Of a stretch of DNA of 64,000 bases, positions 24,949 to 38,338 are shown piece by piece. The stretch is from Paraspadella gotoi (lineage: Eukaryota; Animalia; Chaetognatha), in contig CM119269.1 of NCBI GenBank assembly GCA_051294375.1, positions 20,569,665 through 20,633,664 on the forward strand, read 5' to 3'. The translations under genes and the position numbers were made by a program. Position 1 is the first letter of the stretch. Each line of letters opens with the position of its first letter. The notes beneath the pieces are model-generated. The model saw only the letters and a program-made list of their open reading frames with translations. It made no database searches and was not told the DNA's origin.

Positions 24949-27662
24949 AATGTTTACGTAAGAAAGTAAAGAGAATGATAGGAGGGTGAGAGTGTCAGCG
25001 AGGAGAATCCGATGGTGGGAATCCGACGAATAAAGCCGTGAATGTCGACCTGTCTCTTGGTGATAAGTATGAGAGAAGTAAGGTTTAGTAAAAATATGTG
25101 AGGAAATTGGCAGAAAATACGTTCGTGTCTGATGGAAAAAGGTTGGGTTGATTAAAGTTCACCGATTGGGAAAATGTTGTGAGGTGAAGATGAGATCTTT
25201 GCGACTTTCGGTGGAAGGGTCGGTGACTGAAAGACTGGAAGAGTGATTGGTTAACAATGATATTGGACGGGGAGGAAGTCCTGTATTCGGTCATTGCAAT
25301 AAGCTCATCCCGCCAATCAGCATCACACCTTCGTGACACGGTTGCTCATTGAAAAATACCATAAGCACATGACCTTTAGTACCTACCCTATGGGAGGCGT
25401 GAGGACGTGGACGTGGAAAACCCCTTAAGCCTGGTCACAAGCCCTGGACCCGATAAATGGCTGCAAGAGGGGTTAGGGAAGTTGCGGATGGCACTTTTCA
25501 GCCCACTTAGCGCCTTATCCAAAGTCCTGACTTGTCATCTTTGGGGAGAACCGGCTTTTGATCAGGAAAAAAAATTGAACATGATTTAAGTTGATTCGCA
25601 GTTTTAATATCATTAAAAATATGAAAAGCTGAATCAATAGTGACACAGGAGTTAAGTTCACGGCGATTGGAAAGCGAATCGCTGTAGCGATGCAGCTGTA
25701 GATCGTTGGAGCATGAAGAAGGTTGTGGAGCGGGAGTCGGATGGAGAACCGAGAACCGTGGGCGGGCGTCGTCTTTTCTGTAATCAGCCGGAGTATTTTC
25801 TCAGCTGCGACTTCGAAGGAAGAGACGCGCGGAGGGGGGGAGGGAATAAAATGGAAATAAAATGGAAATAAAATGGAAATAAAATGGAAATCAAATGGTG
25901 AAGTTCTTTTTTATTAGTTTCAAAGACGGAATTGTCTTCGGAATAGGAGAAGAATAGAAAAGAGAAACTGTTTGTCGAATAAAAGGGGGAAAAAAAATCC
26001 GTTGGCGAAAAATCGAATCGATTGTGGCTTCTGTTTGAAAATTTATGTAACCCTGCAAAAACGAAATAAGAGAGGAAAGCGGAGGAAAAACAATTCGAAA
26101 AACGAAATTATCTGAAAAAAAACCAATATGCACTAAGGTTTAAAATCAAGAGAGAGGGATATCGGAATATCGGAATAACGTTACTAAATATAGAATGGTT
26201 ACTCTTTTAGGGAAACTCGTCAAACTTGAACTTTTAAAACGTAATAAAAACAATTTTAAAAGTATATAATATTTCGAAAATAAATTTTTCATTTTTTTCA
26301 CGCGACCTCCCCAGTTCCACTTCGACGGATGGCGCCATCGACGCTTGGATGCTTCTGCTCATCTCTCTTCCCTGCAGCACCGTCTTTGGAAATCTCATGG
26401 TGAGACGATGGCGGGTCAAAGGTCAACCCAGCGTGATGAGGGTCGAAAGGAAAGACCTTTTTTGATTGATTTATTAGAGAGTACTTTATCTTTAACTTAT
26501 TCAGCCATGCCATTAATTCCGTTTATTCCTTTGTGGGTTCTTTCACTCGTTCGTTCTTTAAGTCGTTGTTCCTTAATTTATTCATCTGGTGCTCATTCAT
26601 TCTTCTATTTGTCTATTTTGTTTTTTTGTTTACATTTCATCCCTTAAATTCGTTAAGGTGGTGGCGGCGATTTGGATGGAACCGAATCTCCGAACGGCCA
26701 CCAACTTTTACATCGTGAGTCTGGCCATTTCCGACATTATGGTGGGGACGGCAGTGATGCCATTCGGAGTTTATCTTGAGGTACGTGCGATTCTACAGAA
26801 CTTTTCGCTTCCTAATAAACAAAAATTTCTTTCCATTTTTTTATATGGTTTTTCTTCAATTCCACATATTTTATTCTCTTTTCAATATCCTTTTAATCTC
26901 TTTCCAATCATCTTCTATTCTCTATTCTATATTCTCTATTCTTTTTCCAATATCAATTTTTCTATTTCTTTCCAATCTTCTAATCTCCTACCAATCTCTT
27001 TCCAACCTTTTTCCAATCTCTTTCCAAAATCTTTTCAATCTCCTTTCGAACTCTTTCCAACCTCTTTCAAATCTCTTTCTAATATCCTTCCATTCTCCTT
27101 CTAATCTCATTTCAATCTCCTTTTAATCTCTTTACAATATCCTTCCATTCTCCTTCCAATATCCTTCCATTCTCCTTCCAATCTACTTCTAATCTCCTTG
27201 CAATCTCTTTGCAATATCCTTCCATTCTCCTTCCAAACTCCTTCCATTCTCCTTCCATTTTTCCAATCTCCTTTCATTCTCCTTCCATTCTTCCAATCTC
27301 CTTTTAATCTCTTTCCAACATCCTTCCATTCTCCTTCCAATCTCCTTCTAATCTCCTTGCAATCTTTTTGCAATATCCTTCCATTCTCCTTCCAAACTCT
27401 TTCCATTCTCCTCCATTCTCCTTCCATTCTCCTTCCAATCTCCTTCCATTCTCCTTCCAATCTCCTTCCATTCTCCTTCCAATCTCCTTCCAATCTCCTT
27501 CCATTCTCCTTCCGTTCTCCTTCCGTTCTCCTTCCAATCTGCTTCCAATCCCCTTTCGACCTTTCGACGCTTCGAACGCTAGACTTCGCGTCGCTGAGTC
27601 AAAAGCGGTCGCGCCCTGAACTCAAATGATAGGACTTTGTTTGATGCATCTCTCTTTTTCAT

Positions 27663-27736
<74 letters not shown>

Positions 27737-28935
27737 TCTCTATCTATCTCTCCCTATTCATCTCTCAGGTGAACCGTGGTCTCTGGAACCTTCCCTTCAA
27801 AGCTTGTGAGTGTTGGGTGGCATCGGACGTCATGGCCTGCACCGCATCGATCCTCAACCTGGCGGCCATCTGCGGTGACAGGTGCGAGTCTTGGGTGCGA
27901 CGATGAACGTCAGGCGGTGACGGGTGCGAGTCTTGGGTGCGACGATGAACGTCAGGCGGTGACGGGTGCGAGTCAAGGGGGCGAATGAAAGCGGTTGGTG
28001 ACAAAAATGGAAATTCTTTTGTCCTTTCGTCACTAAATCAATGTCTACTATTACTTTTAAGTTACTATCTTGAATTGACAAAATGACACATTGATGCATT
28101 AAATATTAAGTATTAGTAAAAAAAGTAGTTCAAAAATTTTTATACAAATATTGAACTTTGAAGATAAACGGGTCAAAAGTAAAAAAATCATCAAAGAATC
28201 ATCATTATCGTTATCATTGGATCAAATTCATAGTTTTTTGCTAATATTTACTGATGAAACATACAAACTTTAAAAAAGTGTTTTATTAATAATAATCGGA
28301 AATTTTTTTTTAAATTTGAAAAAAATAATTTTTCGTTGTATTGTATAATTGAATAATTTAAAATTGCCTTCGTGTTTGTACATAAAAGATAAAACTCTAA
28401 GCTTTTTTATTTTTTGATCTCTAACTATATATTATATTATATATACCAGATATCTAGTTTTTAACCTGTTTTGTCCATTTATTTCTAGGCTTTTATTTCA
28501 AGGATCATGGGTAAACCTTGGCAAAGATATTTGTTTATGGAAGGGTATCGAATGTTTATGGAAACTCATGGGCAGAAAAAAACGCTTTTCGGATTGCTCC
28601 ATACGCTCTTTATATAAAGAGAATGAAAAAGAAAGAAGGAAGAGGCAACGAGTCAAACTAACGACAACAAAAAATAATAGTCACTATTTAAGAATAAGCA
28701 ATATCTAGAATATGACCGGCGAGAGTTGTGACAATTACGGAAAGTGGAAGGGAAAGAGTGGCATCGAGTTGAATGCCAGCGAGGAAAATGGCATCTTTCC
28801 AAACTATAATTGAAGAGGAATCATTAATTATGAACTTTATTGAGCTTCGAGCAAAATGGGGGAAAAAAATCGGCAAATTGAGAAATGTTGTAATAATTGA
28901 GATTGATGACAATTGTGATTTATAACGCGCTCTCC

Positions 28936-29030
<95 letters not shown>

Positions 29031-30054
29031 ATCTTGGTACACGGTACATGGCGTGGTGGACTAGACCCATCGAATACGCAAGCAGCGACCGTCGTCTGCG
29101 AACATGGTACGCCCTATTATTCATTAGATTGATTGATTCGACTGTAAGATTGTAGCCCTGATGGATGAATACATAAATAATTATATTGTTTATATTATAT
29201 TTGATTCAATTTTACTTCTTTTAATTTTAATTCGTGTCTTTTTTTTTTTTTTTTTGAAATTATATCGTTTTAAAATCAAACTGTTAAGTTACATAATGAT
29301 TGATGTATTTATTAAGTCACAGACAAATCTATTCATTATTTAATATTTATTCTTCACCTCAATCATTTATCAAATTTATCTCTCGTCATACATTATGATT
29401 TTTTTTTTTCAAAATGAAAAAATTCTTCGAGTTGATTGACGATCGTTTGTCATTTTTCCTGAGAGCTTCCGGCTTTTGCTGTTGCGAACGGTGGCGCCTA
29501 TGCCAATTATTGACTCCACNNNNNNNNNNNNNNNNNNNNNNNNNNNNNNNNNNNNNNNNNNNNNNNNNNNNNNNNNNNNNNNNNNNNNNNNNNNNNNNNN
29601 NNNNNNNNNNNNNNNNNNNNNNNNNNNNNNNNNNNNNNNNNNNNNNNNNNNNNNNNNNNNNNNNNNNNNNNNNNNNNNNNNNNNNNNNNNNNNNNNNNNN
29701 NNNNNNNNNNNNNNNNNNNNNNNNNNNTATTTCGGCCTCATTTTTTTTCTTTTTCTTTATAGCGATTTGTCTCGCTATCAATAATGATTCATAACTTTTC
29801 GCTTCACTGAATGCTGTCAACGTAAATAATAAATTATTATTAATATTATTATTATTATTATTATTATTATTNNNNNNNNNNNNNNNNNNNNNNNNNNNNN
29901 NNNNNNNNNNNNNNNNNNNNNNNNNNNNNNNNNNNNNNNNNNNNNNNNNNNNNNNNNNNNNNNNNNNNNNNNNNNNNNNNNNNNNNNNNNNNNNNNNNNN
30001 NNNNNNNNNNNNNNNNNNNNNNNNNNNNNNNNNNNNNNNNNNNNNNNNNNNNNN

Positions 30055-30092
<38 letters not shown>

Positions 30093-33000
30093 TGAGAAAG
30101 ATTGAACGATTCAAAAATTGATCGGCCGCTAAATAAAATTGTCACGGTGTCCTTCTTCATCCTTCTTCCAGCTTCTTTTCCTTCCCCCCAAAATAAAAAA
30201 AAAAAACAATGATTGGATTTTGGTTTCACGTCAAAGAGGCGCATCTATTTTTCGTGATTGTTTTTTGACGTTTCTGTCCTCTTCTCTGTTCGTCTCCATC
30301 TCTGAATCGTTCTGTCCCAATCTTTATTCCCTCTATCTTCGACAACAACAACAACAACAACCCAATCTCACCTCCTCCCATCCTCCCATCGAATCAGCCT
30401 CGTGATCGTCTTCGCCTGGGCCTTGTCGGCTGCGGTGGCGGCACCCATCGTTCTCGGCGTCAACCAACGCCCCCAATCCGCCGTCGACTCTTGCTCCTTC
30501 TACAATTCCGACTTCATCATCATCAGCAGCATCTTCTCCTTCTTCATTCCTCTCGTCTTCATGCTGACGATTTACGGGAGAATCATCTACATCATGCAGG
30601 TGGGGAAGGGGGAGGGGAAGAGGAAAAGGGGAGAGAGGAGAGGNNNNNNNNNNNNNNNNNNNNNNNNNNNNNNNNNNNNNNNNNNNNNNNNNNNNNNNNN
30701 NNNNNNNNNNNNNNNNNNNNNNNNNNNNNNNNNNNNNNNNNNNNNNNNNNNNNNNNNNNNNNNNNNNNNNNNNNNNNNNNNNNNNNNNNNNNNNNNNNNN
30801 NNNNNNNNNNNNNNNNNNNNNNNNNNNNNNNNNNNNNNNNNNNNNNNNNNNNNNNNNNNNNNNNNNNNNNNNNNNNNNNNNNNNNNNNNNNNNNNNNNNN
30901 NNNNNNNNNNNNNNNNNNNNNNNNNNNNNNNNNNNNNNNNNNNNNNNNNNNNNNNNNNNNNNNNNNNNNNNNNNNNNNNNNNNNNNNNNNNNNNNNNNNN
31001 NNNNNNNNNNNNNNNNNNNNNNNNNNNNNNNNNNNNNNNNNNNNNNNNNNNNNNNNNNNNNNNNNNNNNNNNNNNNNNNNNNNNNNNNNNNNNNNNNNNN
31101 NNNNNNNNNNNNNNNNNNNNNNNNNNNNNNNNNNNNNNNNNNNNNNNNNNNNNNNNNNNNNNNNNNNNNNNNNNNNNNNNNNNNNNNNNNNNNNNNNNNN
31201 NNNNNNNNNNNNNNNNNNNNNNNNNNNNNNNNNNNNNNNNNNNNNNNNNNNNNNNNNNNNNNNNNNNNNNNNNNNNNNNNNNNNNNNNNNNNNNNNNNNN
31301 NNNNNNNNNNNNNNNNNNNNNNNNNNNNNNNNNNNNNNNNNNNNNNNNNNNNNNNNNNNNNNNNNNNNNNNNNNNNNNNNNNNNNNNNNNNNNNNNNNNN
31401 NNNNNNNNNNNNNNNNNNNNNNNNNNNNNNNNNNNNNNNNNNNNNNNNNNNNNNNNNNNNNNNNNNNNNNNNNNNNNNNNNNNNNNNNNNNNNNNGAGGA
31501 GAAAGAGAGAGAGAGAGAGAGACAAACAACGAATTAATGAGAAACTAAATTACCTTGTCAACCTTTATTGTCACAATTAACAATGACTTTTTCCCAGGTG
31601 AAGAGCAAAGCTCGAGAGAAAAAAGGCGGCGTTCCCCTCAGACGCGTTGTGAACAACGACGCCGCCGGGAGCCGCAACGGCGTCGGGAAGGCGGTCGCGG
31701 CGCCAACGGCCAAAGGGGGCGTTGAAGAGACGACGGCGGCGGCGATGGCGGCGACGACTTCGACGGCAGAGACGCTGGTAGCGATCACGATCGAAAAGGA
31801 AAGTGAAGAAGACGACGGAGAAACGAGGGAAAGAGGTGAGTTGTGATTTCTTTAGGTCAGAGGAGAGATTCGAGGCTGCCGTGAATTTTCTACTTCTTCA
31901 CAATTTAGTTTTTCCTTGTTTAAAAAGTGAGTTTCGTTCTTTTTTTAGGTAAGTTATTTTAGTAAAATAAGTTGAGATCGGTTGTGATTCAATCTCCGAT
32001 ATTTTCAGATAGATAAAAGATCAAAAAAGTCTCATACCTGAACAACTACAACTATAACAACAACAACGACGACGAAAACACACCCCACTACCTCTTTCCC
32101 CCGACCGAAAGCGCGCCAGTTCCTTCTACGGAATCATTGGTTCTGACAGATTTCCATTATCCCGGGACCGAAGGCTCGACTTAATCGTCCGACCAAAGAC
32201 CTTCTTTCTCTTTGTTTTCATTTGTTATCCTTTTTTTTTTCCTCAAAACAAAAACGAGACAAAAAACGAAAAGCGACTGATATGCCTCGTCGTGTTTTCA
32301 ATTTTACTTTGTATTTCGGTGCATAGGCTTTATAATTCAGATGAAATGGTTTGCTTAATCTTAGTTGAGAGTTCTAAAACTATGGAAGAGACCCTTTTAA
32401 TTTGATATCTGATCTCTTCTTTTTCAGATTATAATCCTTCCAAAGCGCATGCACCAGACAGTTGTGAGACGCACGACCGCTTGTTTTGTTTTGATTCATT
32501 TATCTTTCAGTTTTTGTCTCCCTTTTTTTTTCCGACCCTGGTGGCGGAAGCTCTAAGTTGTCCTAAAGAAAAATTTTCAATTTTACATTTCACCATATTC
32601 AATATTTAATTAGAATTTGATTATTATGGATGTCAAAAGGTTTTCTAAACAGAAAAAAAGTCATTTTGTCTCATTTTATTTTCCGAAAAAGTTTCGTTTT
32701 CTTGCTGCGCAGAGAAGCTATCCTCTTTTCCGTTTGCAGAAAGAATCGTTTCTTCCTTCCGTCCTCCATTTCCCTTTTGTTTTCTTTAATCGCTACCTCG
32801 TTCTTTTGTTCCCGGTCGACGCCAACGCCATAGCGCGGTCTTCGTCAGCGTTGTATTGTAGTAGTCGTATTCATTGCCATTATCATCTGTGTTGAAGTCG
32901 TCGTGGTCGTCGTTTTCATCGTTAGTCTTTTGGTCGTCGTTTTCATCGTTAGTCTTTTGGTCGTCGTTTTCATCGTTAGTCTTTTGATTGTACTAAGACG

Positions 33001-34758
33001 TCGTCATCGTTGCGTTTTTGTTCTCGCGCGTATCCTCGTCGTTTACTTCATTTTTCATTTTTAAATTTTTTGTCCCTTGCGTTGTCATCATGGTTAGATC
33101 TCTTTCCTCTCTTTTCGACGTCGAAGTCATCCCTACTGTTTCCTCCGTGAAGATCGTTATTGTCGTTGTCGTCGTTTTAACCGCTTTTCTTTTGTTCGCC
33201 GGCGTCGTCGTCGTCGTCGTCGTCGTCGTTGTCATAAAGGAAACAAATTCTTTTTTTTCCTGAAGTAGGAGGACGAAGATGGCGAGAAAAGCAAGAAGAA
33301 ATAAAAAAGGGAAGGCAAGGAACATGACATCGTACCGTAAATTCAATTCAAATCCTGAAGCAAGAAAGGACGAGAGATAAAAGACTGTCGCCTGAACAAT
33401 CGATGGTGCAACAGTCGCGGTTACCAACTTACCATTAATTTCAAAAGCGAGAAAAGCTTAGTATCACTTACCTATGTCGGTAAGACGTAAACGATCCTTT
33501 CCAACAATAACCCCATATTTTTTTTTAAAGGTTAAAAAAACATTACCCTTTGGCATGGAAGAGATCAATAAAGATCCCGGGCATGGATAGATATCGGGCA
33601 TTGAGAAAAAAAAAATGTCCGTCGGGGGGAAATTTATCTCGGCAAGACGGTCTCACCGCGTTTCCCCGTCCAACGATCATTACTCCTTTATGCAAATTTT
33701 CTTTGGAAAAAATCTCGGCGTCTATCCCGCTTGAAACCAATCCCCTGGATTTCGCTCCACGCCCCACGTTCTCTTGAAAAAATTTCTAGTTCAATCGAGC
33801 CGTGCATCCTATCAAATTAATCTTTTTTATATCAGTCTTTTATTTTTTTCATTTCAGTGGGCCATAACTCCTTTTCGATGAAGATTGGAACTTAAGTCCT
33901 CACAATTAAGAATATATTATTATATATATATGTTATTGGGCACTAATTAATGTTCTTTTGGTGACTGGGAAGGGAGGGGGAATACGTAATTGTCTAATCG
34001 AAGTTTTTTTCTTTTTTTATAATAAATTATTCTTCCTAGTATAAAGATATCCCCTTTTTTTCCCCTCTCTCCCAGCGCCGTCTTCTCAGCGACCCACGGA
34101 CTTGCCCGTTCAGCCCACAGCCACACCTACCGCTGGCCCCACCGCCCCCTCAGCGTCCACCCTCGCTCCCGGCCCGACGACCACGCCCTCTTCGGCCTCC
34201 AGTTTCGCCGCTTCGCTCGTGGACAATCTCCGGACGCCATTTAGGAGGCTGGGGAAGAATTTCTCCTCCTCGCAACAGAGGGAGCAGAAGGTTAGGTTTT
34301 GGAGAGGAGAGAGTTATAAAAATTTTTCTACTTCTCTTTTTTTTTCCCCTCTCATATTACCCTCATTGTTCTTCCCTACTCTCATACTCCCTGCCTTCTC
34401 TCTTTCTTCTCCCGTTCTTCTCTCTTCCCTCATTCCTTCCCTCTTATCTCCCCCTCACCCCCAACCCCAGGTGACCCAAACCCTGGCCGTCGTGGTCGTC
34501 ACTTTCCTCGTCTCCTGGACTCCCTTCTTCGTGGCCAACAACCTCAAGGCCGTCTGCATGAAGTTCCAGGAGACCGTCCACGACCGTCCCTTGGAGGAGC
34601 AGATCCAACTCTGCACCATCGACCACTTCGTCTATTCCTTCTGCGTCTGGTTGGGCTGGGTCAACTCCAGCTTCAACCCCATCATCTACACCATCTTCAA
34701 CGCGGAGTTCAGGAGAGTCTTCGCCAGGATTTTGAGCTGCAAGTGGAGGAGACGGTGA
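24087..34758 (+). CDS. Dop2R: D2-like dopamine receptor (class A aminergic GPCR)
   Basis: Exons 24087-24178, 26315-26399, 26658-26780, 27769-27881, 29044-29106, 30398-30599, 31598-31835, 34076-34290, 34471-34758, all phase-compatible. Motifs: N-glycosylation sequons NES; TM1 VFGN; TNFYIVSLAISD; TM3 DVMACTASILNL (Asp3.32) and DRY; PIVLGVN..CSFYNSDFIIISSIFSFFIP (TM5 serines, invertebrate D2-type); long ICL3; WTPFF; WLGWVNSSFNPIIY; short C-tail with Cys. Extra exons could lie in the N gaps. Confidence 0.92.
25399..25521. repeat. ~125-bp dispersed element, second copy at 37680-37814
   Basis: Shared blocks gtgaggacg, gaaaaccc, aagcctggt, ggacccg, atggctgc, aagttgcggat, ttcagcccacttagcgccttatcca. 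Confidence 0.8.
26950..27552. repeat. Intronic 11-bp pyrimidine-rich minisatellite (tctccttccaa/t)n
   Basis: Dozens of degenerate units; explains the spurious repetitive ORFs at 27107-27629. Confidence 0.9.
27872..27974 (+). repeat. 42-bp tandem repeat (~2.5 copies) spanning the GPCR exon-4 donor
   Basis: gcggtgac(a/g)ggtgcgagtcttgggtgcgacgatgaacgtcag starting at 27872, 27914, 27956. Confidence 0.9.
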
Positions 34759-35777
34759 GGAAATGAGGAGGAGGGGGAGTGGGAGGAGATTGAGGGGGGG
34801 GGAGGAGAGGAGGAGGAGGAGGAGGAGGTGTGGGATAGGCGAAAGGGATGAAGAGAGAACCACGAGACATTTTCTTTGAAACTGTTTAACAAAGTTGGAT
34901 ATGTTCATTTGTTTGGCAGTTTCCTCGTTATTTTTCTTTTTGTTTTTGTTCGCAAAGCAGCCGGTCAGATCTTTTTGTGGATTTAAACCAACTAGAATCG
35001 TAGGGTTTGCCTGCTGAGCTCATTTATTTATTTATTTATTCACTAGCACAAATAATTAGGAATATTAAACGAAGCTGAAATCGAATTCATTGGCATTTGC
35101 CTCTTGGAGAATTCGCAGATTGAGAGGAAAGAAAAAAAAGAGAGAGAGACAGAGAGAGGAAAAGAGAGAGAATGAGAGAGTGGGAGAAACTCGTTTCCCT
35201 TTCACGTGATTAGTATTAATGACTCCTTTGTGAACCGAGAAACCAAATGCGAAATCCGTTGGCCATGAAAGTCGTTGATTCACTTGTATTGGATAAAAAA
35301 AATGGGCCTTTTTTAATTCTTTAAAAAAAACACCAAAAAATTAAATGACATTAAACTTTTAACCTTGCACCTTGAAGTCTTTTTATTCCCAAATTTAATG
35401 TCACGCTTTTAATTTTATATTTGAATATTTGTTTAAAATATTAATAATGTAAATCGAAAATCTTATTTGTTTTCTCGTCTATATTTGTTTGTCAGCAAAA
35501 TTGTACTGGATAAACAATATTAATTATATATTAAATAATTCTTAATTAAAAGATTCAATAAAACGGATTTTCTTCATCGATTTACTCATCCTTTGTTCAA
35601 ACTTTTTTTTTTGCAAACCCGTCCCTGAAAAAAAATGGTAATTTCAATTTATTTGTTTTAATTCTTTTAAAATCTTGTGAAAACCTCCCTAAAAAACAGA
35701 TTTCGTGTTACAATTCTCATGTAACCCTCGTGTTAAAAAAAAATGGACAGAATGGACAAAATGACAAAATGACAAAA

Positions 35778-36469
35778 CGAATCTCTGAGCCACGAGTGAA
35801 TAATCACTGTGAGCTCACATACTGCCACTTCTCAAGGTTCTTATATAAAACTTATATCAAATTATTACTGTCACTTATTTAGACATAATGAACAATCTAT
35901 TCATACTATATTAACTATGCCATCTAGCGAGTTTAATTATAAATTATTGTTGAGTGAAGATAATATCACATATTTCTCCTAGTTTCAACTATACAAAATG
36001 GAGTCATCTAATTCTACCAATCGTTACTAGTTAATTATTGATTTAATAATTGTTATTTGATTATTGCATTGTTAATCATTTCTTTTAAGTGTTAATTGCA
36101 TTGTATTAAATACCCTTAATAAATATCAAAGCATATAGATATTCAATACAATGCAATTAACACTTAAAAGAAATTGATTAACAATGCAATAATCAAATAA
36201 CAATTATTAATCATAATTAACAGTAACGATTGGTAGAATTAGATGACTCCATTTTGTATAGTTAGAACTAGGAGAAATAGTGAATTATCTTCACTCAACA
36301 ATAATAATAATTAAACTCGCTAGAGGCATAGTTAATATAGTATGAAATAGATTGTTCATATGTTCTAAAATAAGTGAAGTAATAATTGATATAAGTTTTA
36401 TATAAGGAACTTGAGAAGTGAGGCAGATGTGAGCTCACAGTGATTATTCACTCGTGGCTCAGAGATTCG
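35778..36469. repeat. ~690-bp AT-rich palindrome (arms ~330 bp, ~35-bp spacer)
   Basis: cgaatctctgagccacgagtgaataatcactgtgagctcacat... is mirrored by ...atgtgagctcacagtgattattcactcgtggctcagagattcg. Confidence 0.9.
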
Positions 36470-37679
36470 GGGATCGAATCCACAACATAAAGACAGAGTT
36501 ATATATAGAAATAAATGTTTAAACCTCATAAATATTGTACTCAAATCGTAGAAAAACCTAAGAACCGTTCAACCTGTCATTTGTTCCATTTTTTTCATTG
36601 ATTTTTTTTTTTTATTAGAAAGATGATATTAGACTGTCCTTGGAGAAAGTCGTTTTTAGCGGGATTAACTTTTAGCGATTTTCCCACTTTTTTCATAAAT
36701 CTTTTAATACTTGCTTGTACTTTCATTTTGGGATAAGACGAATTCCTTGGCTTTGTGTTCCTAATTGAATCATATCGTTTGAAAGCTCGTGAAAGAGCAT
36801 CTATTTTTAAGTAAACCTTTTTTTAATTTTTCGGACGTGATAACGAACGCTTAGAAACTTGGAACGACGTTCATGGTTATGATTTGTTATACTGATAATA
36901 AATTCTGCTCAACTCCATTTTTTTTTTCATTCTGCAAACGTTTAGATTTTGAACAGTTGTGACAATATTTAAAGTTTATAAAGTAGGGGGTACAGTTATC
37001 AAGTCCCTGCTCTCGGTCTCGCAGAGTCGCAGATGGCATAAGCTGCGGTAATGGAAATCCAAAAAAGCGCCATATTTCTCCGGTGCTTTTTAGCAGAAGT
37101 AAAGCAGCAAAATCGGATATTTTCGTTTTTCTCAGGACGAGATTTTTTTTTCCCCTCCGATGTGGAAAAGGCGAAGTGGGTGAGGGTGACTGGGTGAGTT
37201 TCAAGAAATGGAGGAGGCGTTGAAACGGTGAAGGGTCTCACGGAGAAAATCGCATCTCACTCGCGTTTGGGGTTTTTTTTTCTCTGGGCGAAACTCAGAC
37301 TCAATACTTTTTTCTATTTTTTCTTCTTTATATCTCGCCATCCGGTCTTTTACGCTCTCTTCTCTCTTTTCTCTCTATCTCTATCTCTCTTTTTCATTCA
37401 AACATTGTCTTTTAAATTAGAGATTACCAATGAAAAAAAAACAGCGCGGGATACCAAAATTTGAAGTCAGAGAAAGAAATACACTTTATCCGAAATAGCG
37501 TGACCCACTGATACAGGACCGGTTTTCTATTGATAACTAACGTCGATGTCTGGATCAGCTTGAAGTCAGAACACGATTACAAAGACGATTTCATGAAAAT
37601 ACAAGGTTGTCGAGTCGTCTGTTTTGCGGTCAATCGTAATCCTTTGTATTAGTACAAATCATTTTTTTCTCTTTCGTCC

Positions 37680-37814
37680 GTGAGGACGGCCGTAAACCGC
37701 CTTGGGGGCGTAGAAAACCCTCAAGCCTGGTTCCAAGCCCAGGACCCGTTCCATGGCTGCCAGAGGAGTTAAAGTTGCGGATAGTCATCTTCAGCCCACT
37801 TAGCGCCTTATCCA
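37680..37814. repeat. Second copy of the ~125-bp dispersed element
   Basis: Matches 25399-25521; flanked by a partial direct repeat agtacaaatcattttt...gtccgtgaggac (37651 and 37817). Confidence 0.8.
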
Positions 37815-38338
37815 CAAGTACAAATCATTTTTCTCTCTCGTATCTCGTATCTCGTATCTCGTCCGTGAGGACAACTGGCCGCCGTCGCCGTCGTCGTCGT
37901 CGTTGTTTCTCTTGTTCTTTTCGTCGTCGTATTACTTTTTCTCTCTCGGAAATTCATTCACCTTTTTTGTCTCTTTTTTTTTTTCTTTCCAACTAAAAAA
38001 TCTGTGATTCATCTCCTAAAAGGTAATCGAACCGCTTTGGCATAACTCCTATATTTAAAAATATATTTTATAATTCATCCGTTTACAAAATGGGCCACGA
38101 ACACTGTCAACGCAAAATTTGAATTATGTAACGCACCCGTAAAGAATAAAAAAATATTATTTTCTATTAAAATGTGATTATTAGATTTTTTGTTTAAATG
38201 TTTTTTTTACTATTTCAATCGTAGTAAACAAAGTCAAGAGAGTACTGGGGCAGAATTTTAACTGTTTCCAAGATTTAATCGCAACGCTCTCATGCTTAAG
38301 GTTTAACGCTAAAAAAGCCTTTAAACTTTTAAACTGCG

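Noticed and set aside
27107-27629. Repetitive ORFs (MEGDWKENGRR...)
   Set aside because: Translations of an intronic 11-bp minisatellite.
29386-31580. Long ORFs in the track
   Set aside because: Inflated by N gaps; only 30398-30599 is a real exon.
37670-37700. Hammerhead-like gtccgtgaggac / ggacgaaa
   Set aside because: No CUGANGA core correctly placed on either strand, and the other copy of the element does not conserve it.
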